Assembly: GCA_951406725.2 (NCBI GenBank)
Contig: OX597814.1
Coordinates: forward strand, 93,620,001 to 93,684,000
DNA: 64,000 nt
Reading direction: 5' to 3'
Source of the DNA: Octopus vulgaris
Taxonomy: Eukaryota
Shown: positions 1 through 14,321 of the stretch, piece by piece
How the letters are laid out: each line of letters begins with the position of its first letter
Position numbering within the stretch: the first letter of the stretch is position 1
The notes under the pieces: model-generated
Seen by the model: the letters and a program-made list of their open reading frames with translations, nothing else
Told to the model about the DNA's origin: nothing
The model's database searches: none
Position numbers and translations under genes: made by a program

Positions 1-893
1 ATTTACTGCTTTTCTTGTCATCTTATTTCCTAGTAGTATCGACACGATTTTTATTTGCATTTCAAAGATAATGTCCGATCTTCTACAGTAGTAGTAGATA
101 TTTGTCACCATCTCTTCTGAAATTCAGAATCGTTGAGTGTCTGATTTATGGTACTGTAAATGGTGACTTTATAGCAGTTTCTAATGTTGCTATTGTGCCA
201 GTTCTTCCACGTTTTAGAATTACAAAAGTGGAAATCAATCTTCGTAGTTTTCAACGGTAAGTTAAAACTGAGAAGATGCTAACCATGAAAGGAAAAGCTT
301 ATACGTTAAATTAGAGCATTAGTGGTTGAGTATTCTACATAAACGCGTACCCTTTGCGTAGTTCTCTGGTAGAATCATCGTCGTACATTGACAAGGATTG
401 CTCTTTGTATTGCATGAACAATCTATCCGACTGGCTTCCAAACATTTTCTATCTATCCACTTTCACTTAAAAAGGATACTCGTTTAATATATCACACCGT
501 AGGATAGTTCCCAGGAGCTTAGGATTGCAAAGGAAACTTCTTATAGTTGTATTGGATATATATGGAAATCCTGCGTTATCTAGGTATATATTTTTGTATG
601 CAAGAAAAAGGTATAATCTAGCTGAAAACGTTGGTTCTATTGATAACTTGTTATAAAAGCTTGTTCAAATTATATTTCACTAAATCAAGTACTACTACTA
701 CTACTACTACTATTACTACTGCCCCTTTCATAGTTTACTCCCAAAAGATGCAAGGCAATTTTGGTCACGAAGAAATCTGAACTGAGAATATAAAGGACCG
801 TAACTAAATACCGTAAGACATTTTCCGGACGAACTAACTAACTGTCCTGACAGGGAATTGCCCATTATTATTAATACTAAAAACTTTTGTTTT

Positions 894-1086
894 AGGCAGC
901 GAGCTGGTAGAATCGTTAGCACGCCGGGCAAGATGCTTTGCGGCATTTCGTCCGTCTTTACGGTCTGAGTTCAAATTCAGCCTTTCGAATTTGACAAAAT
1001 GAATATCAGTGGAATGCTGGGGTGAATGTAATCGACTTTCCCATTCCCAGCACTTGCTGGCCTTTTGCCAAAATTTGAAATCAATA
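894..1086 (+). mobile_element. tRNA-derived SINE, family A
   Basis: GGCAGCGAGCTGGTAGAATCGTTAGCACGCCGGGC...GAGTTCAAATTC; homologous to 45904, 40016 and 32666. Confidence 0.85.
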
Positions 1087-4000
1087 TTTTAAATTTTTTC
1101 TTTCGGTGTACTATTATGTGTTGGTTATTCTTTCCTTCATTCAGCCATACAATATTTGGTACTACATTATTTCCTTATTACGAAAATGTACTTCTCAGAC
1201 AAGTGATTTAATGTGTGATATTATGTTGAAATTAACACAGTTGTAGCGTGGAAGAATTGGTCTCTGACAACGTTACACTGCAGTGTAACGTTCACTGTGA
1301 CTAGTTCGCAGTGACGAGCGACAGAAATGTTGACACCTATTACAAATAATAAATGTTTAAGTGAAGTTAAAAATCATTGTGCGTTTCAGAGCGGCTAACG
1401 TGTGTCTTCCAGACAGTATCATTTCCCTAGTTTTCCTTAGATTTAAAAATATAAGCATACGCTTTTAGAGAGATTTTGTATCATTGTTAGCATGATGTGT
1501 GGCTGTGTAGAGGCTCCCTTACTTGTAAGCATCAAGTCGTAAAGTTCAATGACTCCCGTATGTGTGCCTTTTCCTACGAATAAAGCTTGTTTTACACGAG
1601 TAAATGAGGATAGCAAACGGCGACTGAAACTTTTCCTGTAATTTGAATACACTCTATTTGGCATCAGCGTATTTCCTTATTTTATTCTTTTCATAATAAA
1701 GTTAACCATAACTGACATATTTATGCCAAAGATGAAATTATATTAAGCTAGTTGCAAGCTTTAGTCGAGAACATTAACGATATGAGCACAAATGAAGTGA
1801 AGCTATTAAAACCAGCTAGTCAAACTGTGTATACATTATCGGTATTAATTCACGATGTCTTGTATATTACAAAGAGTAATGAAAGAATAAGTTTTTAAAG
1901 TGATATGTACTCTTTTTTGGTACAACTTCCATCAATTTTTGTACATGATGACTATAGCCAGCCAATGAGATATTGGGTTTAAACTAACTGATTGATTTTT
2001 GTATATTTCTCTTCTTCGATCTGAAAGGCTACTCGCATGTATGGACTTTCAATAAAAATAATAAAAAATTCGAATCAAAAGAGCATGCAAGTTTCTTAGC
2101 GTGGGTTCTTAAGAAGTTTCACTATAATTTTATATGTGGGATATTTTTTTCAATTACACATATACAATCATATAAAGACATATACACCCAGTCACACACA
2201 CGAACGTATGTAGAAAAAGATACGAAAGCATACACACACTTTTACATATGTGCAACAACAAAAGCAACAAAAGCACAAATACCAACAACAATGACAAACA
2301 TCCATCGTTAACTACAAAAGAAAAACTTTGTCTTTGATTTAAGATTTGTTATTTGGATGACTTGAAAGTCAAACCAAAGCAAAACAACAGAAAAAACGTA
2401 ATTCTACAATGAAAAATTTCATTGATTTTTAACAACTATTTTTCCAAAAAACTACGATTCAAGTATTTTTTATAGATTATTTCTACTTATTTTATTTCAA
2501 GCATCTCAAGTTTTTGCTTCATGCAACAAGATGAAAGTATGCCTCATGCTGCACTACCTTTTTGCCTTTTTTTATATGCATGTATTTTTCTGTTACTATG
2601 GGTAAACTGTGTCGGCATTTCAATTCGTGAGTCCAATTTATATTATTACTTTATATATGTAGTCGCTCTGTCCGTAATCACTTCTCATCTATGCAATGTT
2701 GATAAATACTTCCTGCTGTTCCTCACCAAACACCTGAATCCATTTCATCAGTTCACAGATAGATATTCGAGCATATCATAATCATGTTGATTAGCATTAC
2801 CCGTGAAATTTCTTTGGTTATTTTCAAAATTGTGAGATGGTTGGAATTTTATCGAGAATCATGAAATATATAATTTCTTTTGAAATACATATTGTTTGAA
2901 ACATTTGATATTTTAGATGGTGTAGAAGTCTGAATATGCCGTAATAAATGTGCACTCTTAGGAGACAACATCCCGAAAGCTATAGTCCTTATCTCTTCTA
3001 TCTTGTGAACTGTTATCGATTGGATTTCACTTTACGTCATGAAGTAAACAATCTTAACTATATAACGAAATCAAAGATACAATCTAGCGATGATATCATT
3101 CTGGCACTGTACGTCTACATTGGTGAAACTTTAACAAACAGCAATACATTGTATTTTATCCTTAGTTTTGTATCAGAAAAATGTTCTTTTGGTTAGATCT
3201 CAGTAAATGTAGTAGCTATCTCACTGAGCTGTGGATTCGAAAAATACTTATCAATAATGTAAGCAAAGGTATCTCTGTATGGTTCAAAATTTTGCATCGA
3301 CATGAACAACAAATCCCACCCGCTTCAAGGTGGTGCCAAGCATGATCACAGACTCATGAGTGAAACGGGTAAATTAGTGATGTTACTTGTCTTTTCATAT
3401 ATACAGCAGTTCTAATAATTCATTGATGCCGTTTAAGTTGGAGATCTTGATCTAGTTTGTTTTTCGATGTATATTGAATGATTACGAATACATTTAAGAC
3501 AAACGTTACCTCTTTCAGTTGTTGCACATGAAGCATATGAGGGATACTTACTGGATTTTAGATATGAATGTTGGGACTACACAGAAAAGAAATCTTAAGC
3601 AGCATCCAGAGTAGCCCCAAGTTATCTCTGATCAAGACGCCCTATGAAGAAAGACATTCCAGCCGAGACCATCCCTACTTTTTCCTACTTTCAGGGAAAA
3701 CAGGACCACATTATCCACTGTGGTCTTGGGTTCAATAGGGGAGATGGGATTCGGAGATTTGGCTGCCCTTTCTAACAGATCGAAGAATTGTGTAGATAGG
3801 CCTTCATTTCTTATCGTTAGTGCAAGTGATCGCAGGCAGAAAAAGATCATTCTCATGAAGCCCAAACCATAGCAGGTAGAATAATAAAACAAGTTACTAA
3901 ATAAATCATAATCCTCATAAAGTCGAAACTGCGGCATGGTTTCAGTTTAAAATAGACAACTGTGCGAAGAACATAAACATCACATCACATCATTGACTCC

Positions 4001-4923
4001 CTCCTTAAACTTTATCTAAATCTTTAAAAAAAATTATTTTAACGATCTCCATAGATCAAGATGTAAGAGTTTTGTGAGTGAGAGTAGGGGTTTCATTACC
4101 AGATTGTGTCAATTTTCTATTCGCCAATGCTATTCGTCGAAAACTTTGTTGTAGTACATGCAAATTGAATGAACAAGGGAAAAACAAAAACAAGAAATTC
4201 GAGAACGAAAAGACGTTGAAAGTTAATGTAAACTTGAATTGCGGAAAAAAAGTCTCTCATTCACAGCATTATATACCCACAATGCAATAAGAACTATAAC
4301 GGCCAAACAGGCCAAACGCGCCATACCCGTTGCGGAGGAGTACTCCGCAACAGGTATGGAGCGGCACACAAGTGTGCCACGAGACGATGCTAGGTGTGCC
4401 GCAGAGTAACATGAATATAATTTTCTCCCAATACTTTTAGTTATTTTTTTAGTTCTGGTGTGTGATGCCAAATTTTGAAAAGAATGTGTACCGCAAGTGA
4501 AAAGAGGTACATAAGCAACAAATTAACGATTTATTTCGTAGAAACATTCCATGTAGTGAACACCTAAATATTTATGCTAATGCAAAATTCGAAATATTCT
4601 CTTTTTCAAAATAAAGGTAGAAAATTATCAACTATGAATGTCAAAAGACGAATACTTTATAAGAATTCGAAATCCGAAACTAAACTGAAGATTGGCAACA
4701 CCACTAAAAACAACTACCTCTATATCGATTAACTTATATCAAATGTGTCACAAAATTCAGAAACAGCCAAGATCGAAAATACAACACGGAAACCTACTTC
4801 CATACTGTTTGTCTCGATCTGTTAGTTTTAGATATTTTTTATAAATAATTAATAATTCTCATTGTGACTATCAGGAATCTTTTTCTAGAAACTTTTTTAT
4901 ACAAACTTACATAATATGTACGC

Positions 4924-4998
<75 letters not shown>

Positions 4999-5000
4999 TA

Positions 5001-5261
5001 TGAGGGAATATTATACCAAACTTACAGGGAAAAATTAAATTTAGAAATACTAAATCAAATTTCATAAAATATTATATATATATATATATATATAAATTAG
5101 AAAAAAAATATATACGTTTTATTTGTTATTTTGCACATTACTTAATCATCGTTATATGTTTTATCTTATAATTTAATCTTTCTATAATATGTAATTTTCT
5201 GGATGGTATAATTTAATTTTTCTAATTTATGATAGGTGTTTTTTTCTAATTTATATATATA
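5001..5261. mobile_element. Short copy of the same PLE-type terminus, with inverted piece
   Basis: 5001-5065 is homologous to 26750-26802 and follows (TA)n(TAA)n. ATATATAAATTAGAAAAAAA near 5090-5108 is mirrored by TTTTTTTCTAATTTATATAT near 5239-5258. Confidence 0.55.
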
Positions 5262-5277
5262 TTTGTGTGTGAGTGTG

Positions 5278-5362
<85 letters not shown>

Positions 5363-6164
5363 GTCTGTCTATCTACTTATACACACACACATATATATGG
5401 ATATAGATAAATAGATAGATACTTACGTGTCGTTAGATTACTTGTTTGGTTCAAAATGTTCACTTCCCATTGGGGACTTTCTAAAGGTTTGAGATGCTGA
5501 TAAGTTCGAGATGTTGAATTTGTTATCATCATTAATATGCTTCATCTCCTTCTCCAGTTTGTTATTTCTTTTTAGTAAAGGTAAACAGCTAGTCTTCTTC
5601 AAAAATATATTAATAGAAAATAACATAAGATATAAGGAAGAAAAAATAATTAGATAAACAAAAATGAAAATTCGCAAAAACTATGAAAAAAGTAAAGTAC
5701 GTTTTTCAGTGATCTAAAGGTTTCCTGGCATTTGCTTGCGTGCCATGTCTCAATAGAGTATTTCAGCTGTCTCTCAAAGTGGACATGGAATTACAAACTT
5801 TGTCGTAAAAATACCAAGACAGAAAGAAATAACATATACATATCAAAATATAGCGGTAGGTGAATAAAAAAAAAGAAGAGACTTTTTAACAGACGTCAAG
5901 AAAGTTTATTTCTTTTTTCCTTTTGAATAAGAAAGACTACACAAATATTACAAACAAAATAAGTGTACAGCTATCTATCAATCTATCTATCCATCTGCCT
6001 ACACATATGAACACTTACATTCATACACGCACGTACGCACACACACGTATACACACGTGCCTGCACACACACGCACACACACATATACACACGCGCCCGC
6101 ACACACACGCACACACACACACACGTACGCACACATGCAAGAATGTTCATATATGTCCTTTATC

Positions 6165-6534
6165 TTTTTATCTTTTACATATTGTCGTCATTTGCCTGTG
6201 GCCTTGCAAGGGCACCACCTCTAAGATATTTTGTCGAACAAATGAATGCAAGAACTTTTTGTAAACCCAGTACTTATTCTTTCAACCTATTTTGTCAAAC
6301 ACTCCAGGTTACGGGGGCAGAAACATGCCAACACCGGTTATCAAGCGGTGGTGGAGAACAAACATAGACATAGGCGTAGGAGTGGCTGTGTGGTAAGTAG
6401 CTTGCTTACCAACCACATGGTTCGGGGTTCAGTCCCACTGCGTGGCACCTTGGGCAGGTGTCTTCTACTATAACCCCGGGCCGACCAAAGCCTTGTGAGT
6501 GGATTTGGTAGACAGAAACTGAAAGAAGCCCGTC

Positions 6535-6592
<58 letters not shown>

Positions 6593-6997
6593 GTGTGTGT
6601 ATATGTTTGTGTGTCTGTGTTTGTCCCCCCCAACATCGCTTGACAACCGATGCTGGTGTGTTTACGTCCCCGTAACTTAGCGGTTCGGCAAAAGAGACCG
6701 ATAGAATAAGTACTAGGCTTACAAAGAATAAGTCCTGGGGTCGATTTGCTCGTCTAAAGGCGGTGCTCCAGCATGGCCACAGTCAAATGACTGAAACAAA
6801 TAAAAGAAAGAAAAGAACGATAAAGACACACACACACTCACACGTATATAGTACGGGGCTCTTTAAATTTCTGTCTACTAGATCCCCTCAAGGGCTTACG
6901 TCAGCTCCGAGGCCATAGCTCAAGTTCCGTGCAGTGAGACTGAACTCAGAATCATCTTGTTTGGAAGAAAACTTCTCACCGCACAGCCACGCCTGCG
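6165..6997 (-). mobile_element. Older family-B SINE, split by the young copy (3' half 6165-6370, 5' half ~6850-6997)
   Basis: 6165-6370 is the reverse complement of the young copy's tail; 6850-6997 is the reverse complement of its head. Both are diverged. Confidence 0.75.
6372..6812 (+). mobile_element. Young full-length tRNA-derived SINE, family B (CORE-like CCTTGGGCA(A/G)GT; octopus-type)
   Basis: A-box-like TGGCTGTGTGG and B-box-like GGTTCAGTCC, internal (TA)n/(TG)n, A-rich tail. Homologues at 26040-26160 and 30817-30970. Confidence 0.85.
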
Positions 6998-7549
6998 ACT
7001 ATGTGTATATATATATATGTTCACACGCATACAAACACGCACATACACACACACACATGTTCACACATACACTCATACACACACGTACTCATATAAGTTC
7101 GCAATTATGCTCATGCAATATATATGTGTGTGTGTGTGTGTGTAATGCAAAATATATATAAAATAAAAGAAGGAAAACGCACACAGTTTATATATTTTCA
7201 ATATATTTGTAAGAGATTTTAAAAGTGAAAAGGTATTTTATTTGTCAACCGGTTTCACTTTCATTAATCATGACATTGAAATTATTACAATTTCGTATTT
7301 TCTTAAAAAGATATCAGTCCATATTGTGTATGGGAGTTTGTGTATAAAATGAGTCAACATGTAGAAATATCTAAGGGGAGGTAATTGGTGATCGTTATCA
7401 TTCGGGACAGGGGAGGTAATTGCTCATATTTTGGGGATGGGATAAATAAATATGCAAGAACTCAAAAGCTAAAGTAGTGAGATGAAGTATTTACAGTGAT
7501 GCGTTTGTGAACATGAATTAAAATATATACTGAGACGAAAGTTGGTTCT

Positions 7550-7760
7550 GCGTTGATATTTAGGCGTCTTCTATATTTTTCGATAAATAATTTTAAAAAA
7601 TGTAAACGTTCTTGTACAGAAATAGTTTCTTTGTACTGGTAGATGGGAAAAACTGTGAAGTTTGGTTGGATATTACCTGCACACCTGTTTAAATGTTCAC
7701 TCAAGTGAATCTGTGTGTATTGTGGGAAACATTGATTCTAAATAACTGTAACCCTTAAAA
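7550..7760 (-). mobile_element. Penelope-like element, C-terminal end of GIY-YIG endonuclease
   Basis: LSEHLNRCAGNIQPNFTVFPIYQYKETISVQERLHFLKLFIEKYRRRLN fits the PLE GIY-YIG tail pattern (H..C, F.FP.Y, R..E..FI.K..P.LN). Confidence 0.7.
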
Positions 7761-9199
7761 CGCCGACCAATTCAGGTAAACCTCCACATATTTTTATAAA
7801 TCGTAGGATTAAGGATCATCGTTAAGCCTATTGTTACTCGAGTGAATTTCTTCAGAGCTCACGCTAGATGCTTTTAACTCTCTACATTTTCTATACCACA
7901 AATCGATAGATATGTAACAAAACAAAATACTTATATCCTAAAACGCATCCAATAAATATACTTAAAAATTTAGTATCATTGTATCTAAGATTGTCCCATC
8001 AATCTGGAAACAAGTAATTACTCATGCTAGTAACTCAATGGTATTTTATCAAAACGCAAGTTTAACTTGAAAACATATTTTGTTTGGGACTTGTGAAAAC
8101 GTTACATTTCTTTCGTTAAACTTTCTATTTATTAAACCTCTTAAAAGGAAAGATCGACAGATGCTAGGGAGTGAATATAGTAACAACAGTGGATATAAAA
8201 ATTAATGATAATTCCGAGGAGAAAAATATAAATTTTATCAGGAAAAACCGTGCATGTTATTAAAATTATTAAAATAACTATGTTCACAATTAAATCAGTT
8301 ATCATTCATTGCCTGTATGAATTAATCGAAAGATTATAATAATTAAAAATATATCCAACTTTATATAGATAATAATACTATGTTATAGACAAGATAACCT
8401 CAAGAGAAGGTATATCATAAGGGATAAATAATGGTCATTACATATTATTTTATTGTAGTAAATTCGACTTACATCTGTTTCTGATGATCATTATAGGTTC
8501 GTTCATTCATCGGTTTACTCAATTGATCGGTTGAGAAAAATTGAACGATCTTGGAGAACTAATACTGTCCTTATCACAGCTATAGTGTTCTGATGAAAAA
8601 CAGAGCTGAACAATAATATTTGATGAGTAATATTATAAAGTTCATTAAGGCTTGTTATTATTTTCAGGTGGATAATTTTAAGAGAGCAAAGTTTAACTCG
8701 TTCTAGCTAGGTATTATAATAATAAATTTGATCTATGTAGGAAAAATACAACAAAACATTAAAATACATATGATATCAAAATATATCATGTACAATATAT
8801 CTAATTAAAATTAAAGAAACAACTATTATAAAGGTAAAATATTCGGTGTATAAAAAATATAACTAAAATATTACATACAGTAATGTAAAATTAGTTGGCT
8901 GAGTAATTTATAAAGTATTAGATGCTAAGTTATAATTTTCTGGATGGTATCGTAAGATGATATTTAATGGAATGGAGAATTGTGGAGTTGATTACTGGAA
9001 GAATATTATTTTAGAGATTAAAAGTAATATTTCAGAGGATAATATAAAAACAAGAATAGAATAAAACAGCAGCAGCAACAACAACAATATAATTTGAGCT
9101 CGATAATCCTTAAAATACATAATTTAACGATACGTTGTCGACAAATTTATTGAATATTGTAAGAATTTATGCTTGTTAATTATAGTGGGTTATATATAA

Positions 9200-9417
9200 T
9201 ACAAGGGTTGCTGAAATGTTCTTGGCTTTAAGGGCATCATGAAGAGCCTGGTTAGTGGCCCAACCTTCGGAGTTCTTTTACAGGGCTTATAAAAACTGAA
9301 GGGCCGCTAAAATAAGTGCGATTCTGAGAGGGAAATATGTTGAATAAAATCATAATGAACTGATACTCCTGTATTTTCTTTTACCCAAAGTCAGGAACTT
9401 TTGAGCACACCCTCGTA
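9200..9417 (+). mobile_element. mariner-derived MITE with TA target-site duplication
   Basis: TA-CAAGGGTTGCTGAAATGTTCTTGGCTTT ... AAAGTCAGGAACTTTTGAGCACACCCTCG-TA form imperfect TIRs. The interior retains transposase C-terminal residues (...KYVE*). Confidence 0.8.
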
Positions 9418-9500
9418 GGCGAAATTTTAGAGCGCAGACAAACGTTCCTTGCGGAATATATTTAGTGTTTGTGTGTGTGTGTGTTAGTGTGTGTGTGAGT

Positions 9501-9778
9501 GTTCTTGGATGTCTTTAGTGGAGATTACTCTTTTGAAAACGTTTGCAGTGGGCCTCTGGATTGAAGTTAATTTCTTCCCCTCTTCCGACCAATTTTGGTA
9601 TGTGTGTATGTGTTCTAAGTTCTTCGGCAGCACACTTTATCCTTGGCCATGACTGGCAAAACCACCACTATCGTCTGTTTCTTGGATGCCTTTAGTAGAG
9701 ATTAATCTGTTCAAGCGTTTGCAGCGGTCGTCTGGATTGAAGAACACTTCTTCCCCTCTTGCAACCAATTTCGGTGTC
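9501..9778. repeat. Diverged ~100-bp direct repeat
   Basis: TTCTTGGATG(T/C)CTTTAGT(G/A)GAGATTA...CTGGATTGAAG...TTCTTCCCCTCTT..ACCAATTT.GGT at 9501-9600 and 9680-9778. Confidence 0.8.
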
Positions 9779-11831
9779 CCTGTAGAAGTTAATTTTCCGA
9801 ATAATTGCTAAAAATATGATGGCCTAAACCATCATATTGCACTCATACTTTATGAGTTAACATTTAACCTCTTCCTGTTAATACATGTAACTATTCTACC
9901 ATCCGTTATTGTATTTCCTTTTCTTAATTTCGTTGAAAATATAATATTTTGTTCGTAAATACATTCTACTTAATCTTTCGCCGATACTGTCGCTCAAGTT
10001 TTGCTTTATATATGTTTCTCTTCATTTTGTCACATATCTATCCCCACATACACTGTCTGTCTGTTCCTCTTTCTATATACTTAATATAGTTGTGTCTTGG
10101 TTGTAACCCGTTTCAATTACGGAAAACACTGGATCCCAATAAGTTTACGAAGTCTAAACTTTGAATAAATTATTTTATTCCGCTCTATTGAACGGTATTA
10201 GATATGTTTTTCCTCGTTTGCATTTATAAACATAAGACGTTACGAGATTATGCTTCGTAACTCAAGCGAATATGAATGATGTAAATATATATTTACAAGG
10301 CTGATTAAATCACAACTTAAGATATTGACAATTAGATTTCATTTATATCCGCTCTAAATAACGTAAAAATAGCTTTAACATTATGCATCACATAGATTTA
10401 TAGACGCCCAAAATCAACACCGTAAAGCACTGTAGAAAAAAAAAACCATCTAGTCATCTTCAAAATAGTTGTAATTGTTTTTGACGCTGTTTGGTTCAAA
10501 GTCACTTGCGATGATGCAGAACTCTGATCAGATGTCCGTTTTTCAGACTGTGCATTTAAGAAAATTTAATCCAATATCTTATGCTTTTTAAGATGGTAGG
10601 GTGTTAATTAATGGTTTATGTGATTGCTATTTCTACCAGACTGATACAGATAATACAAGTATCTTCTATATTATTATATAATTATCAATCGGGTCTTATG
10701 TCAGTACTAATTTCACTCATGTTTTCATGCAGTTAGTATTTTTATTGCTTTTTTAATGTTCTCCTTTTCTACACAAAGTAATAAATATGCTTTACTTAGT
10801 AATTCTTTCATCAAAGATTCACTATTTACGGTTAAGACTATCCCTCACCACAGAGATCAAAATAAAACATGTCCTTATCTACCGAATTTGCCGGAAAAAT
10901 TAAACTGATATAAGTTGACAAATATTAATTTGTTTTTAGTTCACTGCAGAATGGTTTTCAGTTAGCTTTTTATTGATCTTACATAAAGTTTGTTATTAAT
11001 GGAGCTTCGATCATTCACTTCATCGATGACTATTGTACTATTATCTCTAAATGAACTGGATATGTGATATCTTACGTGTTAATATTATTTACGATGATGG
11101 GGTCTACCAACACATGTACTTCTGTAACTGAACCCAGTTTTCTCTGTAATTAAAAAAATGTTATTAAATATGTTCCTTTTATTGACTGATTATATTTCAT
11201 GGATTACGATGAAAGTTTTCTTCCATAAGTACAACTTACATAATTTTGCTTCACTGATAAATGCCAAATCGGATTTAACAGGCGTTTCTTGTCAATAAAC
11301 CCCATCGAAGTTTCAATGCTTAATTTCTAGAGCTCCATTAATGATAACAAACTTAGGTTTGTGTAAATTATTATTTTCGGGCTATGCCTCTTTACTATTT
11401 TTATATTCTTTTAGAGTATTAAAGAGGCATAGACTGAAAATAATAATTTATACAAACCTAACAACGAACAGTTTCCTAGATACTGCTCCTGCTATGAGCA
11501 CATGCAATCGTTACTCATGCATATAGAAACTAAATACAATTTATCTGCTAAATAAAAAAAAATTTATAGATTTCAAAACAGTATAAAATTTTACCTTTTC
11601 ATCTACCTAAAGCTGCGTAAGTCCTTATAATACCAAATGAGAACCAGGAATAAGTAGCAGTTCACTTTGTTATCTTGTTTCTTAGGATTCACTCTACCCC
11701 AAACCTAAATGAACGCATTAAGGGCAATTAAAATAGTTAGTAGATGAATCGTGGGCTTCATGTAAAGAAATAACCGATATGTATATACATACACACACAC
11801 ACACATATATATAGGTATATATATGTATATA

Positions 11832-11998
<167 letters not shown>

Positions 11999-12094
11999 CG
12001 GGAAGGTTTACTAAAATAAACAAAAGACGAAGGCAGGTGGAGTACAAGCAAACAAATGTATTAGGATGACGCTCAGGAATAAAAAGAGAACAAG

Positions 12095-12132
12095 TCTTTT
12101 ACGTTTCGAGCCTACGCTTTTCGACAGAAAGA
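12095..12132 (-). ncRNA. Minimal hammerhead-like motif (variant core) in PLE-type terminal repeat 11997-12205
   Basis: TCTTT-CTGTCGA-A-AAGC-gtag-GCTC-GAAAC-GTA-AAAGA: perfect 5-bp stem I, palindromic ACGT stem III, A6 changed to U. Confidence 0.55.
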
Positions 12133-12212
12133 TACACAGAGAAGAAACAAGGGGAGAAACAAGGAGAGAAAAAAATGCGTGTAAGAGCTAACGGTCTGTC
12201 ATGGCATATATA

Positions 12213-12258
<46 letters not shown>

Positions 12259-12602
12259 TGTATATATATATATGTATGTATATATTTATATATATGTATG
12301 TATATATATATATATATGTATGTATGTATGTATGTATATATATATATATATGTATGTATGTATATATGTCTGTATGTATATATATATATATGTATGTATG
12401 TATGTATATATATGTACGTATGTATGTATATATATATTTTTAGGTATGTATATATATGTAAGTATGTATATCTATATATGTATGTATGTATATATATATA
12501 TGTATATATATATGTATGTATGTATATATATATATGTATATATATATATGTATGTATGTATATATATATGTATGTATGTATGTATATATATATATATGTA
12601 TG

Positions 12603-12647
<45 letters not shown>

Positions 12648-12902
12648 GTATATATATATGTATGTATGTATGTATGTATATATATATGTATGTATATATA
12701 TATGTATGTATGTATGTATATATATATGTATGTATATATATATATATGTATGTATGTATATATATATATGTATGTATGTATATATATATATGTATGTATG
12801 TATATATATATATGTATGTATGTATATTTATATATATATATGTATGTATATATATATGTATGTATGTATATATGTATGTATGTATATATATATGTATGTA
12901 TG

Positions 12903-12933
<31 letters not shown>

Positions 12934-13223
12934 GTATATATATATGTATGTATGTATATATATATGTATGTATATATATATATGTATGTATATATATATG
13001 TATGTATATATATATATGTATGTATATATATATGTATGTATGTATATATATATATGTATGTATATATGTATGTATGTATATATATATATATGTATGTATG
13101 TATATATATATATGTATGTATGTATATATATATATGTATGTATGTATATATATATATGTGTGTGTATGTATATATATATATGTATGTATATATATATGTA
13201 TGTATATATATATATGTATATAT

Positions 13224-13398
13224 AATCCCGGATAAACCCCCTACACCCGGATATGTCTCTGTAAACAATAACTCTCTACTTGAGTGGGCCATAGTGCCCA
13301 AATTCTGACTTGAAAGACTTCACCAGGTGGTGCTATTAAGTTAGACATGGCCTGGGCCAATAATGGCCGAAACCTATCAAAGTATCAAAGTATCAAAG
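13224..13398 (+). mobile_element. 3' terminal fragment of a CR1-group LINE (ORF2 C-terminus, 3' UTR, octamer tail)
   Basis: [27 protein letters not shown] resembles a CR1-type ORF2 end. Stem-loop GGCCA-ataa-TGGCC (13355-13368) is followed by (TATCAAAG)x3 at 13375-13398. Confidence 0.75.
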
Positions 13399-13424
13399 TA
13401 TGTATATATATATATATATGTATG

Positions 13425-13455
<31 letters not shown>

Positions 13456-13538
13456 ATATATATGTATGTATGTATATATATATATATGTATGTATGTATA
13501 TATATATATGTGTATGTATGTATATATATATATGTATG

Positions 13539-13583
<45 letters not shown>

Positions 13584-13714
13584 GTATATATATATGTATG
13601 TATGTATGTATGTATATATATATATGTATGTATGTATGTATATATATATATGTATGTATATATGTATATATATATATATATATATGTATGTATATATATA
13701 TATATGTATGTATG

Positions 13715-13747
<33 letters not shown>

Positions 13748-14100
13748 ATATATATATGTATTTATGTATATATATATATGTATGTATATATATATACATG
13801 TATGTATGTATATATATATATGTATGTATATATATATATGTATGTATGTATATATATATGTATATATGTATGTATATATATATATGTATGTATGTATATA
13901 TATATATATATGTATGTATATATATATGTATGTATATATATATATATATATATGTACGTATGTATATATATATATATCTATATGAATGTATGTATATATA
14001 TATATATATATATATATGAATGTATGTATATATATATATATATATGAATGTATGTATATATATATATATGAATGTATGTATATATATATATGAATGTATG

Positions 14101-14275
<175 letters not shown>

Positions 14276-14280
14276 ATATG

Positions 14281-14312
<32 letters not shown>

Positions 14313-14321
14313 CGTATATAT

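Noticed and set aside
105-280. Possible minus-strand terminal exon (…TINQTLNDSEFQKRW*)
   Set aside because: Short, no motif, no linked exon; compatible with chance.
3632-3937. 101-aa ATG-initiated ORF on the minus strand
   Set aside because: No recognisable domain and no supporting splice partners.
5421-5677. Minus-strand ORF near a GTAAGT donor-like site
   Set aside because: The ORF stops before the donor; no homology recognised.
6372-6445. tRNA gene
   Set aside because: A/B boxes are present but there is no cloverleaf; it is a SINE head. The same holds for the family-A heads.
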